From an uncultured Bacteroidia bacterium (lineage in GTDB: Bacteria > Bacteroidota > Bacteroidia > J057 > JADKCL01), in assembly GCA_964352215.1 (NCBI GenBank), contig CAYGRE010000005.1, positions 18,527 to 82,526 of the forward strand: 64,000 nt of DNA, written 5' to 3'. The notes beneath the pieces were generated by a model, which was not told the DNA's origin, did no database searches, and saw only the letters and a list, made by a program, of their open reading frames with translations. Shown here piece by piece: positions 45,313 to 54,075 of the stretch. The number at the start of each line of letters is the position of its first letter. Position 1 is the first letter of the stretch. The position numbers and the translations under genes are program-made.

Positions 45313-46106
45313 ACTACTTCAATGAAGCCTACCCATCGCCTCCTTCCGGAGGTGATGGGAAAGGGAAAAAGGGTGCCGGGCCAGTTACAATATTGTCACG
45401 CAGGCCGGGGGTATTGATTTGCTATGGAAATGGTCACGACTTAGGGAACTTTGGCGATTATGCCAAGTCGATTAAGAGCTTGGGAGATACCGCCCAGTAC
45501 AAATTCTCTATCGAAAAAACCCTTACCCGGCATTCCTTTGCTGCTGCAATTCTGAATTGTCCATATCAAATCAAGGAACTTCACCTTTTGAGCCACTCAA
45601 TTGGTGCAGGGTTGTTCCTGGGGTACTATGACAGCGAAATAGGTCAGGCAAGAGACGAATTCATAGAAGATAACCCACTTCCAACCTATGAGCAGATTGT
45701 CAATTTTGAAACGGGTGTTCTACTTACTGACCACTTGGTAAGCTCTAATTTTGATCCTGCTTACCGAGCATTACTCAGGAATAAGCTTTCCGAATGCAAA
45801 TTCCTTAAAATATGGGGCTGCAATTCAGGTGTTGAAAATTGGGTCTATAATGATGGTTATTGGGGGATCTTGAATGGAAAGAATTCTCCCAAACCATCCA
45901 TAGCCCAAGCGCTGGCAAACTACCTTGACATTCGAACTTTGGGTGCTAAAAGTGGTAGTAGTCCGGAGTATTTGATCAATGGGAAATGGGTTTCAGGCAA
46001 AGATTATTCCACCCAAACCGGCAAATCGTATCCATATCCAAACGAATACAAAGAGATCAGGTTGCATCCCGATACTGGCGATTACCATCCATTTGATCCG
46101 ATCTAA
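45309..46106 (+). CDS. Caspase-like/C80-like candidate protein translationally coupled to the 941-aa gene
   Basis: ATGA overlap at 45309-45312; ELHLLSHSIGAGLFLGYYDSE...CKFLKIWGCNSGVENW. Confidence 0.55.
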   Translation: MNYFNEAYPSPPSGGDGKGKKGAGPVTILSRRPGVLICYGNGHDLGNFGDYAKSIKSLGDTAQYKFSIEKTLTRHSFAAAILNCPYQIKELHLLSHSIGAGLFLGYYDSEIGQARDEFIEDNPLPTYEQIVNFETGVLLTDHLVSSNFDPAYRALLRNKLSECKFLKIWGCNSGVENWVYNDGYWGILNGKNSPKPSIAQALANYLDIRTLGAKSGSSPEYLINGKWVSGKDYSTQTGKSYPYPNEYKEIRLHPDTGDYHPFDPI

Positions 46107-46299
46107 ACAAGACCATTTTTAACGTTTAGAACCTATGTGGATCCGTTCGACTATCTGAAGTCGGGCGGGTCCGTTGTTTTTTGGAATCTACTTCGAGAGA
46201 GGTACTCCCTCTTTTCGGACCCCTCTGCTCAACGTCATTTTCGTTCTTTTTAGTGGCGCGAAGGACGATAAAGTAAATGAATTTTTAATCCTTCCCGGC

Positions 46300-46740
46300 A
46301 AGCGTGCCCCGCCCTCGGCAGAGGGCACCCGGACCCTCGGCTGAGGGCCCGGCAAGGTACGCTGGAGGGCCTACTTGGCCCTCTGTGGAGCGTGAGAAGG
46401 CCCTCCAGAGGGCCGGACCTGCCCACTTGGGCAGCATAAAGCCACCCTCAGGAGGGCTTACCGTGATGGTCAGCCGAGCATAAGAGGACCCTCCAGAGGG
46501 TCACCGACAAGGGTCAGCCGAAGGTAACTCGCCCCTCCAGCGGGCCAAACCCGGCCCGCTGGAGTGCAATGACCACCCCTCCAGAGGGTCGCAACGCCCC
46601 CCTCGCTGATCCCCAAAGACCCCCAGGAGAACGTACCGGGACCCTCCGCCCGACCTGTCGTGACCCTCCAGCCTACCTGAACCGACCCCTGGCCGGGCAT
46701 CCATATACCCTCAGCTATGGGTCCGATCACCCAAAAGGGG
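46300..46740. repeat. GC-rich palindrome array (REP-like)
   Basis: ggccctccagagggcc 46399-46414; gaccctccagagggtc 46487-46502; ctccagcgggcc-aaaccc-ggcccgctggag 46535-46564 (perfect 12-bp stem). Confidence 0.75.
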
Positions 46741-46791
46741 GGGGTTGAGAAGCAGGCACCTTAGCAAAGGAAAATTCGTTATTATTGCACT

Positions 46792-46998
46792 ATGAGTGAA
46801 CAGCTCCGTGAAATATTGAAACTCAGCGTGTCGGAAAGAATATTCCTGGTGGAAGCCATTTGGGATAGCATTTCCGAAGAGCCTCAGCAACCTGAGCTTA
46901 CCAATAAACAAAAAGAACATCTTAAGAGGAGACTAGAAATGTATCGGAAAAACCCTGAAAATCTCCTTTCCTGGAAACAGGTGAAAGATTCCCTTTGA
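46792..46998 (+). CDS. Addiction-module-component type antitoxin
   Basis: MSEQLREILKLSVSERIFLVEAIWDSISEEPQQPELTNKQKEHLKRRLEMYRKNPENLLSWKQVKDSL; overlaps toxin start. Confidence 0.85.
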   Translation: MSEQLREILKLSVSERIFLVEAIWDSISEEPQQPELTNKQKEHLKRRLEMYRKNPENLLSWKQVKDSL

Positions 46999-47321
46999 TG
47001 AGCCAGGGACATCAAATATTTTTTCTTCCTATTGCCAGAGATGACATTCAAGATGCCAAAGACTGGTACGAGGAACAACGGGTCGGTTTAGGAAGTGAGT
47101 TTGAGTTATGTTTAGAAGTTTTTATTGAAAGCTTGAAAAAGAACCCTGCAAGGTATCCCTCCGTTCTTGATAGTATCAGGAAAGGTAATATTAAGAGGTT
47201 TCCCTATTCGGTGGCATACGTTGTTGATGAACAGAAAGTCATCGTATTAACGGTAATGCACGTCAAAAGAAACCCCCAATATCTATTAAATAGAATTCAA
47301 GAAACTGGGTTTGATAGGTAG
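46995..47321 (+). CDS. ParE/RelE-family toxin
   Basis: ARDDIQDAKDWYEEQRVGLGSEFELCLEVFIESLKKNPARYP...IKRFPYSVAYVVDEQKVIVLTVMHVKRNPQ. Confidence 0.88.
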   Translation: MMSQGHQIFFLPIARDDIQDAKDWYEEQRVGLGSEFELCLEVFIESLKKNPARYPSVLDSIRKGNIKRFPYSVAYVVDEQKVIVLTVMHVKRNPQYLLNRIQETGFDR

Positions 47322-47325
47322 TTAG

Positions 47326-47473
47326 AGGTCCGAGCTCTCGCGCGGAAGGTCCGAGCTCTCGCGCGGAAGGTCCGGGCTCTCTCGCGGAAGGTCCGAGCTC
47401 TCGCACGGAAGGTCCGAGCTTACTACCTGGGAGGTCTGAGCTTACTACCCCGGAGTTCTGACCTCTTTCGCGG
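47326..47473. repeat. Tandem repeat, 21-22 bp unit aggtccgagctctcgcgcgga, about 7 degenerate copies
   Basis: Units at 47326, 47347, 47368, 47389, 47410, 47432, 47454. Confidence 0.9.
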
Positions 47474-47509
47474 TAGCCTTTTGCTATGTGACGTGTAGCT
47501 AAAGGCTAC
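47473..47509. terminator. Hairpin after repeat array
   Basis: gtagccttt ... aaaggctac, 9-bp perfect stem. Confidence 0.35.
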
Positions 47510-47825
47510 GGAGCGTGTGTTCTTAACTGAGTGGAAAAGTACACTTTTAGTGGTCTTTATTCGGCATTTTGCTCCATTGGGCTACCCATTAGGCTATTTT
47601 CCTTAAAGCCCGGCACGTCTACCAAAAGGGTGCATCCCAATCAGCCTTTTTCCTGGCACCACGCTGACAAAATGCCACCAATTCGACCCAATTTCCCCAA
47701 AACCTTCCTCCTACTCTTCGTGGTGCAGTTGGGTCGACTGCCAAAAGCGGCCTTTAAGGCCACTCAGGACTTGTTATAGCAATATCCAGCGCAACCGCCA
47801 CCAAGGTTCTTTGCTCGAATATAGT

Positions 47826-47966
47826 GAGTTCGGAGCTTACTGGTAGTAAGCTCAGACCTCCCTCACGGAAGGTCTGGACTCGCCACTGGGAGCTCAGACC
47901 TCCCTTCGAGGAGGTAAAACCTCTTTGCCAGGAGGTCCGAACTCGCCTTCATGAGTTCCGAACTTC
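47826..47966. repeat. Second, more degenerate cluster of the aggtc(c/t)gagctc-type repeat, in both orientations
   Basis: gagttcggagcttactggtagtaagctcagacctcc...gagctcagacctcccttcgaggaggt...aggaggtccgaactcgcc. Confidence 0.7.
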
Positions 47967-48240
47967 ATTTCCAGGCAGGAATCGACGATTTTGAATTTTT
48001 CCCCAGATGGAGATGAAAAGGGTGAAATGCATTGTTTGGAGGTATTTTGGTACAATTCCGACCTGTTTTGGAGCGAATTCGGGTGGTTTCCATCCTTGGT
48101 TCTCCAAGAATGTCTCCAAAAAGCGGCATTTGATCTATTGGCTGTCGCTCTGATTGTTTAACCTGGCAAAAAGAAATAAATTGTTCTATTGAACCCGCGA
48201 CCTTCAGTTTCGATCATAATGAATACCTTAATTTACGCTC

Positions 48241-50013
48241 ATGTATAAGTCTGTCCTTTTCCTCCCCGTTTTGGCGGTTTTGCTATTCCTAAGCAGTTGT
48301 GGCGCTGATTCATCCGGGTCTGGCAATGGCTCTTCCGGCGATGATTCTGATTCGCTGTCTGGGGTTCAGGCCAACCGCCAGCCCTCCGCTACATTTGCAG
48401 ACTTCATCAACCAGTATCCTGAGTTGAATACCCCTCTGGAGATCGACGAAGATTTTATCCCTGAATTCAAGGCGGCAAACAAGAGCAGCGAAATATTGCA
48501 AGAGGATATTCAGCAGTACTTGTTCGGTGCTCCCGGTTACGCTAAAAAGGGCCATGTAGCCAGTGACGGGGAGGTCATCCCGGACTATTTTGCCTTGGGA
48601 AAACAGGCTCTGGGCGATGGAAACTGGTTGGTATTGACGGTGATGGAAAGCTATGGGAACTATCTGGTGGCGACGACTTTTGACCAGGATGGAAATGCCA
48701 TTGATGGTACTTTTCTCGCTGAATTTCCGGAAGATGGCTTGCTGAAAACAACCACCAGTATCGGTGATGATCTGAGGGTTGATCTGTCTACGAAGGTGGT
48801 CGAGAGTTTCGATGAGGATGGGAAACCGGAGTATTGGCGGGATTACCGGGTAGAAATGCAGGTCATGGCTGATGGGGAGATTTATGGTAAGGACAAGCGG
48901 AATTTTCAGGAGTTCACCCATTCCTTTGCGCGCATTTCCTATACTGAGTTTTTCAAGGATGAGGACTACCGCGCGGATGCTGTGGGGACTTTGTTGTCGG
49001 ATGAATGGGTGGAACGGTATATCTGCAAGGTGAAGGGTAGCAAGTGGAGTTGCATCAACGGCAAGGAAGAAAATTACGAGAATGATACGCCGCTCTCTTA
49101 CTATGCGGTGGGTTATGGGAAGATCAACCGGGAAGAAGATGGCCTGGAAAATCTGGTGCTCCTGCTGTACCAACAATACAAGCCCAAGGGCAACTATCCG
49201 GGGGGTACGCTCTTCCATGCGACCTATACGGAAAATGGGGAACTGGTGCACCGTGCTCCCATCGCTGGGGGCCGGGCGGCCAATATGCGGCGGAATGGTG
49301 CGATCAAGGATTTCAATTATTTTGAGGTATTTGAAACGACTTTTCAGGAGGAGGAGGCGGACTTGCGGGCGGTACAGGGACACCATACGATATTCTACAA
49401 TCTGAACCCGACCGGGGAATGGGAAGCCACTCACAATGAAAGTACCGGGCAGAAAACGGTGAAGTTCTATTTGCATGAGTTGGTTGACCGGCAGGTTTAC
49501 CATCCTCAGATTCTGGGGACGGGTGGGACCGCGATTGCCTGGGAGGAGAATGCCGGTGTGAAGGCCGGGTTGGCGGCACATTATGCGAGTGAATCGGGTG
49601 GTCCGGGCTTGAGCTTCATCAGCGCCGGGTACAATTATTGTCTGGTGAATCTGGATGAAGATCCGGACAAGGAGGCGGTGGTGGAGATGGCTGGGATCTG
49701 TGGCTCCGGGGGCTGCACCTTGCTGGTCCTGGACCAGGATGAAAGTGGTGCTTACAAGGTCCATTCGGAGATCGGCTTGTTTCGGGCTCCTCTGTATGTG
49801 CTGAACGACCGGCACAATGGATGGCATGACCTGGCCTTTGTCGTTTCCGGGGGTGGCGCCAAGGTGGAGATGAAAGTCCAGCAGCATGGGCCCGATGGGT
49901 ATCCTGAAAATCCTACCGTGGAGCCTGCGACGGTGTTGGAAGGAACAGCCCAGGGGAAGGCGGTGCTGATCGGATCGGTCCCTAAGTATGCGCTGTTCAG
50001 CTTGGTGGAATAG
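48241..50013 (+). CDS. Hypothetical lipoprotein
   Basis: MYKSVLFLPVLAVLLFLSSCGADSSGSGNG lipobox and Gly/Ser linker. Confidence 0.8.
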   Translation: MYKSVLFLPVLAVLLFLSSCGADSSGSGNGSSGDDSDSLSGVQANRQPSATFADFINQYPELNTPLEIDEDFIPEFKAANKSSEILQEDIQQYLFGAPGYAKKGHVASDGEVIPDYFALGKQALGDGNWLVLTVMESYGNYLVATTFDQDGNAIDGTFLAEFPEDGLLKTTTSIGDDLRVDLSTKVVESFDEDGKPEYWRDYRVEMQVMADGEIYGKDKRNFQEFTHSFARISYTEFFKDEDYRADAVGTLLSDEWVERYICKVKGSKWSCINGKEENYENDTPLSYYAVGYGKINREEDGLENLVLLLYQQYKPKGNYPGGTLFHATYTENGELVHRAPIAGGRAANMRRNGAIKDFNYFEVFETTFQEEEADLRAVQGHHTIFYNLNPTGEWEATHNESTGQKTVKFYLHELVDRQVYHPQILGTGGTAIAWEENAGVKAGLAAHYASESGGPGLSFISAGYNYCLVNLDEDPDKEAVVEMAGICGSGGCTLLVLDQDESGAYKVHSEIGLFRAPLYVLNDRHNGWHDLAFVVSGGGAKVEMKVQQHGPDGYPENPTVEPATVLEGTAQGKAVLIGSVPKYALFSLVE

Positions 50014-50104
50014 GCTTCTTTGAGGTGTTGAATTACACTTAAAGGACTATTTTTCCTAGTTATTCGCAGGGATTGATAAATTAAGAATTGCTTATATTTA
50101 GTAT

Positions 50105-50260
50105 ATGGAAGCCATTGACTACCGCAAATACATTACTATCGAACCTGGAAAGAGGGGCGGAAAACCTTGTATTCGAGGGTTGAGGATTACTGTATTTGAT
50201 ATTTTAAACTGGTTGGCCTCAGAAATGTCGAATGAAGAGATCATTTCTCCAGCTTCATGA
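50105..50260 (+). pseudogene. Truncated DUF433-type antitoxin remnant
   Basis: MEAIDYRKYITIEPGKRGGKPCIRGLRITVFDILNWLASEMSNEEIISPAS*; DUF433-like KYI...GK.CIRG.RITV..IL..LA...S.EEI, cut short. Confidence 0.7.
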
Positions 50261-50382
50261 AGTTGCTGTTTGAGCATAATCTATCTCACAGGCTAATTCA
50301 GAAGCTCAATAGTTATTTTCCGGATTCAGTCAACCCCCAAAATTTAGCGTTTTCAGCAATCCATCATACTCCTGTGAATTAA
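50257..50382 (+). pseudogene. Truncated DUF5615 PIN-like toxin remnant
   Basis: MKLLFEHNLSHRLIQKLNSYFPDSVNPQNLAFSAIHHTPVN*; resembles the MKLLFDxNLSxRLxxxLxxxFPxSxH start, overlaps the preceding remnant by 4 bp. Confidence 0.65.
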
Positions 50383-50435
50383 ATTCCATTCACTTGCTCC
50401 TCTTTTTTACCTGACCAATAGGTTTTTCACATTCA

Positions 50436-51530
50436 ATGGAACGCTATATGAAACCGTTTGTCCTATTATTCGCTTCGTTTTGCCTCCTCTTCACGGCTTG
50501 TCAAAGAGACACATTTGATGCCATCGACGAGGAATTGTCCGAATCCCGGACGGACCAATCCGACCAGTCTGTTTCAGCGCCCTCTGGTGACGATGGAATA
50601 GAAACGTTGCTGTCCTATATGTACCCCCGCAGTCAAAAGACGATGGGATTGTCTGATATTACCCTGACCCCTCACTTCCAAAGCTGGCTCAGCTCCAACG
50701 GGTACGGCTCCTACAATTTCTCCAATTCCAGCATTGACGGAGACTCCTACGGAGGCAAAGCCAATGCTTCCACTCCGATCAATCGTCAACCTGTGATTTT
50801 CATCCACGGAAACAGTGACAAGGCGGTAGGATACCTCGGCACCACCCAAAGTGGATGGACCGGTTCGCTCAACCACTTCCATGGAGAAGGCTATACCGAA
50901 GCGGAACTGTATGCGGTTACCTGGGGGGATGCCAATCCCTTGCAATCAGCCAACCAGACCCATTCCAAACCGGTATTGACCCGCCTCCGGGCATTTGTCG
51001 AAGCTGTAATCGACTACACCGGCGCGAGCAAGGTGGATATTGTGACCCATTCTATGGGGGTGACGCTGATGCGGAAGGTGATTGAAGGTGGTAGTACTTA
51101 CGACCCCAACAATGGCGGGTATTATGACCTGGGTCCATCCCTCAGCAGCTCAGTCGACTGCTTTGTCGGGATCGCGGGGGCCAACCGAGGCCTCACCAAT
51201 TGCTATCCCTACCCCAGTTACCTCACCCTCACCTGCGATGATGAAACCGGCCTTTATCCCGGTTACCTCTGGTGGGGAAGTTTGTACGGGGTATCCGATA
51301 TTCTCAACGACATGAACTCTTCGGTTGGTTATGAGGGTGATTACCGCTACTCCATCTGGTCCCGCAATGACGCCATTGTCGGTTATGGCTGTATCGTTTA
51401 CGGAAATAATACCTGCTACCTGCCCGGACAAACCGGAACCAAGGAAATCCCCTCACTGGGTCATTTTACCATGAAAGATTATTCGGGTTCTACCCAATAC
51501 AGCATGGTGGTGAACCATGTTATCCCCTAG
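50436..51530 (+). CDS. Lipase class 2-like secreted lipoprotein
   Basis: LLFTACQRD lipobox; PVIFIHGNSDKAVG..W; KVDIVTHSMGVTLMRKVIEGG. Confidence 0.8.
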   Translation: MERYMKPFVLLFASFCLLFTACQRDTFDAIDEELSESRTDQSDQSVSAPSGDDGIETLLSYMYPRSQKTMGLSDITLTPHFQSWLSSNGYGSYNFSNSSIDGDSYGGKANASTPINRQPVIFIHGNSDKAVGYLGTTQSGWTGSLNHFHGEGYTEAELYAVTWGDANPLQSANQTHSKPVLTRLRAFVEAVIDYTGASKVDIVTHSMGVTLMRKVIEGGSTYDPNNGGYYDLGPSLSSSVDCFVGIAGANRGLTNCYPYPSYLTLTCDDETGLYPGYLWWGSLYGVSDILNDMNSSVGYEGDYRYSIWSRNDAIVGYGCIVYGNNTCYLPGQTGTKEIPSLGHFTMKDYSGSTQYSMVVNHVIP

Positions 51531-53121
51531 CCGCCAATGCCTTTCGGTCGACCTTCCCAGTATCTCCCTTGGGAAGGTCGGCCACTATTTCAAACCTTTT
51601 GGGGATTTTGAACTTGGCCAGGTTTTGGCGGCAATAGCTAAGGAGGTTTTCGGTATCTAAGCTGGCTGAGTCTGTCGCAACCAGGTAGGCTTTGCCAACT
51701 TCCCCCCATTTGGGATCGGGGATTCCGATGACGGCTGCTTCTGAAACCATGGGGTGGGCTACCAATACGCGCTCTATCTCTGCAGGATACACGTTCTCCC
51801 CGCCTGAAATATACATATTTTTGATCCGGTCCACGACATACAAATAGCCTCCTTCCCGCTCTACGACCCTGTCTCCTGTTCTGAACCACCCCTTCTGGAT
51901 GGCTTCAGCGGTGGCCTTTTCATTGTTCCAGTACCCTGGGGTGACGATCGGTCCATTGATCCACAGTTCCCCCGCCTCATCTACTTTGCAAGTCTCTCCA
52001 TTGGGGTGCACAATCCTGGTTTGTATGAAAAAATTGGGGCGGCCGATTGAGCCGGCTCTGGTGATGGCATCGTTGTGGTGAAGGGAGGTCAGGTTGGGGC
52101 CGCATTCGGTCATGCCGTAGCCCTGGCGAATAGGAACGCCTACCTCATTCCATCGTTGGATCAGGGGTATGGGCATGGCCTCTCCCCCGACGAGCATATA
52201 GAGCAGGTGATCGAAGCGGGTTTCTAGGAAACGGGGTGTCTCCGCCATCATTTTGAGCATGGTAGGCACCCCCATGAATATGGTAGCCCGCTCTTCCTGG
52301 AGGCTTTTAACCACGGATATTGCATCGAAGCGTTTCATCAGGCAGACAAATCCACCGTGGTGAAAGAATGGGGTGAGCAGGACGTTCCAGCCTCCGGTAT
52401 GAAAGGGTGGCATGCAGGTCACGGTCCGGCTGTCAGAATTTACGGTGATGCTGAAACCAGTGTTGATGCTGTTCCAAAACAACATCCCATGGGTGTATTG
52501 AACGCCTTTGGGAAATCCGGTGGAGCCAGAGGTGTAGAGGATAAAGGCGGGGTCGTCGAGGTCGCATCGGGTAGATGGATAAGCAGATGCATCGGGTTCG
52601 TCGAGGTCTCGACGAGAAGATAGATCAGCGTTGGGGGTGGTTTCGGGGTCTGCTTTTTGTGCCCGGTCATTCAATTCCGTCCGTTCTGCCAATTGGGCCC
52701 GGTCTTCCATTTCTGTCCGAAAGGATTCCAGAGAGAAGTATCGAGGGCTGGCTTTCTGGTCTACCTTTTCCGCGAATTGCTCTTCCACGATTAGGATCGA
52801 GGGAAAAGCATCTTCAATCAAGTAGGCAATTTCAGGGCCAGATAGGCGGTAGTTGAGGGGGACAAGGATGATTCCGGTTTTCTGAATGGCTACAAATAAC
52901 AAGATATACTCGAGGCAGTTCTCCGCCAATACGGCCACCCGATCCCCCTTCTTCAGTCCCTGGTTTTTTGTCAGCCAATTTGCCAGCTGATTCCCTCTTT
53001 GATTAAGGGTCCGATAAGTTAGCCGCCGCCCGGTTTCATATTCTTTGAAGGCAACTTTTTCAGGCTGGTAAATGGCCCATTTCTCTGCCCAGTCGGTTGG
53101 TATGTCAGGTTGCGTGGTCAT
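51520..53121 (-). CDS. AMP-dependent acyl-CoA synthetase/ligase
   Basis: FILYTSGSTGFPKGVQYTH; GYGMTECGPNLT; GWFRTGDRVVEREGGYLYVVDRIKNMYISGGENVYPAEIE; LPKGDTGKVDRKAL. Confidence 0.95.
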   Translation of the reverse strand: MTTQPDIPTDWAEKWAIYQPEKVAFKEYETGRRLTYRTLNQRGNQLANWLTKNQGLKKGDRVAVLAENCLEYILLFVAIQKTGIILVPLNYRLSGPEIAYLIEDAFPSILIVEEQFAEKVDQKASPRYFSLESFRTEMEDRAQLAERTELNDRAQKADPETTPNADLSSRRDLDEPDASAYPSTRCDLDDPAFILYTSGSTGFPKGVQYTHGMLFWNSINTGFSITVNSDSRTVTCMPPFHTGGWNVLLTPFFHHGGFVCLMKRFDAISVVKSLQEERATIFMGVPTMLKMMAETPRFLETRFDHLLYMLVGGEAMPIPLIQRWNEVGVPIRQGYGMTECGPNLTSLHHNDAITRAGSIGRPNFFIQTRIVHPNGETCKVDEAGELWINGPIVTPGYWNNEKATAEAIQKGWFRTGDRVVEREGGYLYVVDRIKNMYISGGENVYPAEIERVLVAHPMVSEAAVIGIPDPKWGEVGKAYLVATDSASLDTENLLSYCRQNLAKFKIPKRFEIVADLPKGDTGKVDRKALAARG

Positions 53122-54071
53122 TGAACTTCTGAAGTCAAATAGGCTATGATCAGCTCATTGACCAGTGCCGATTGTTCGAAGTGAACGAAATGGCCTGCTT
53201 TGTTGACCAGTTCCAATTGGGCATTTGGGATCTGTGCGGCTCCGCTTTCTGCAATGGCGCGGGTTGTGCCTCCATGCAAAAAGCGGTTGGGAATGAGGTT
53301 GTCCTGTGCTCCAAATATCACCAATACCCTTGCCTTGAGGTCGGAGAGGTTGTCAAAGACGGGTTCATCGACCATGCCCTGAACACATTGGGGGATGATA
53401 TAACAGTAGCCGGGAAAGTCTTTGCATTGTCGCATGGCAACCCGGTCATAAACCATGAACTCAGCTTCTTTGGGCATCCGGTAGAAGTTGGATCCGATAT
53501 TTGCTTTGATCTGGTCCACTGGAGTAAGGGCCACCGCATTGGGGGTCAACACTTCCCGGAACCATTTCTTTTCGCCGGCATTGAAGGTTTCAAATCCAGC
53601 TGGTGCGACGAGGATCAATTCGGGAAAGTCCTGGGGGTAAGCCAGGGAGGCCACGGTAGCGATTTGCCCGCCCATGGAGTGCCCCATCAACACGACATTG
53701 TCCAGGTTAAGGGCTTCTTTGAAGGCTTTGATTGCATCTGCATAGAAGCGCATGGTCCCGGTGTACTTGCCTTTGCTGGACTTTCCATATCCGGGAAGGT
53801 CCACCGCGATGCAGCGGTAAGAAGTGCTCAAGGCCTCGATATTTTTCTTCCAGGCCGGCGCATAACTTCCCAGCCCATGAAGCATCAGCAAGGTTTTAGG
53901 TCCATTGCCCTGGTCCATATAAGCAATCTCTATTCCATCGGGGAGGCTTACTTTCTTTTGGGGGAATGGGTATTCCAATTCATCCATAGAGCTGATGTCG
54001 GGGACCTGCTGTTGAAACGAGCAGCCCAGGGAGAGCAATACGAATACGACGGGTAAAATGAGGTATTTCAT
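53118..54071 (-). CDS. Alpha/beta hydrolase, predicted lipoprotein
   Basis: LPVVFVLLSLGCSFQQ lipobox; LLMLHGLGSYAPAWKKN; VVLMGHSMGGQ; KAGHFVHFEQ. Confidence 0.88.
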   Translation of the reverse strand: MKYLILPVVFVLLSLGCSFQQQVPDISSMDELEYPFPQKKVSLPDGIEIAYMDQGNGPKTLLMLHGLGSYAPAWKKNIEALSTSYRCIAVDLPGYGKSSKGKYTGTMRFYADAIKAFKEALNLDNVVLMGHSMGGQIATVASLAYPQDFPELILVAPAGFETFNAGEKKWFREVLTPNAVALTPVDQIKANIGSNFYRMPKEAEFMVYDRVAMRQCKDFPGYCYIIPQCVQGMVDEPVFDNLSDLKARVLVIFGAQDNLIPNRFLHGGTTRAIAESGAAQIPNAQLELVNKAGHFVHFEQSALVNELIIAYLTSEVQ

Positions 54072-54075
54072 AATT

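Noticed and set aside
46470-46730. 86-aa and 67-aa ORFs in the GC-rich region
   Set aside because: Composition is explained by the palindromic repeats; no coding signature.
47326-47473. Possible CRISPR array
   Set aside because: Units are directly abutting with no unique spacers, copies degenerate progressively, and no cas genes are visible.
48310-49887. 525-aa minus-strand ORF
   Set aside because: Antisense to lipoprotein 48241..50013, which has a lipobox and normal composition.
53172-54056. 294-aa plus-strand ORF
   Set aside because: Antisense to the convincing alpha/beta hydrolase gene.
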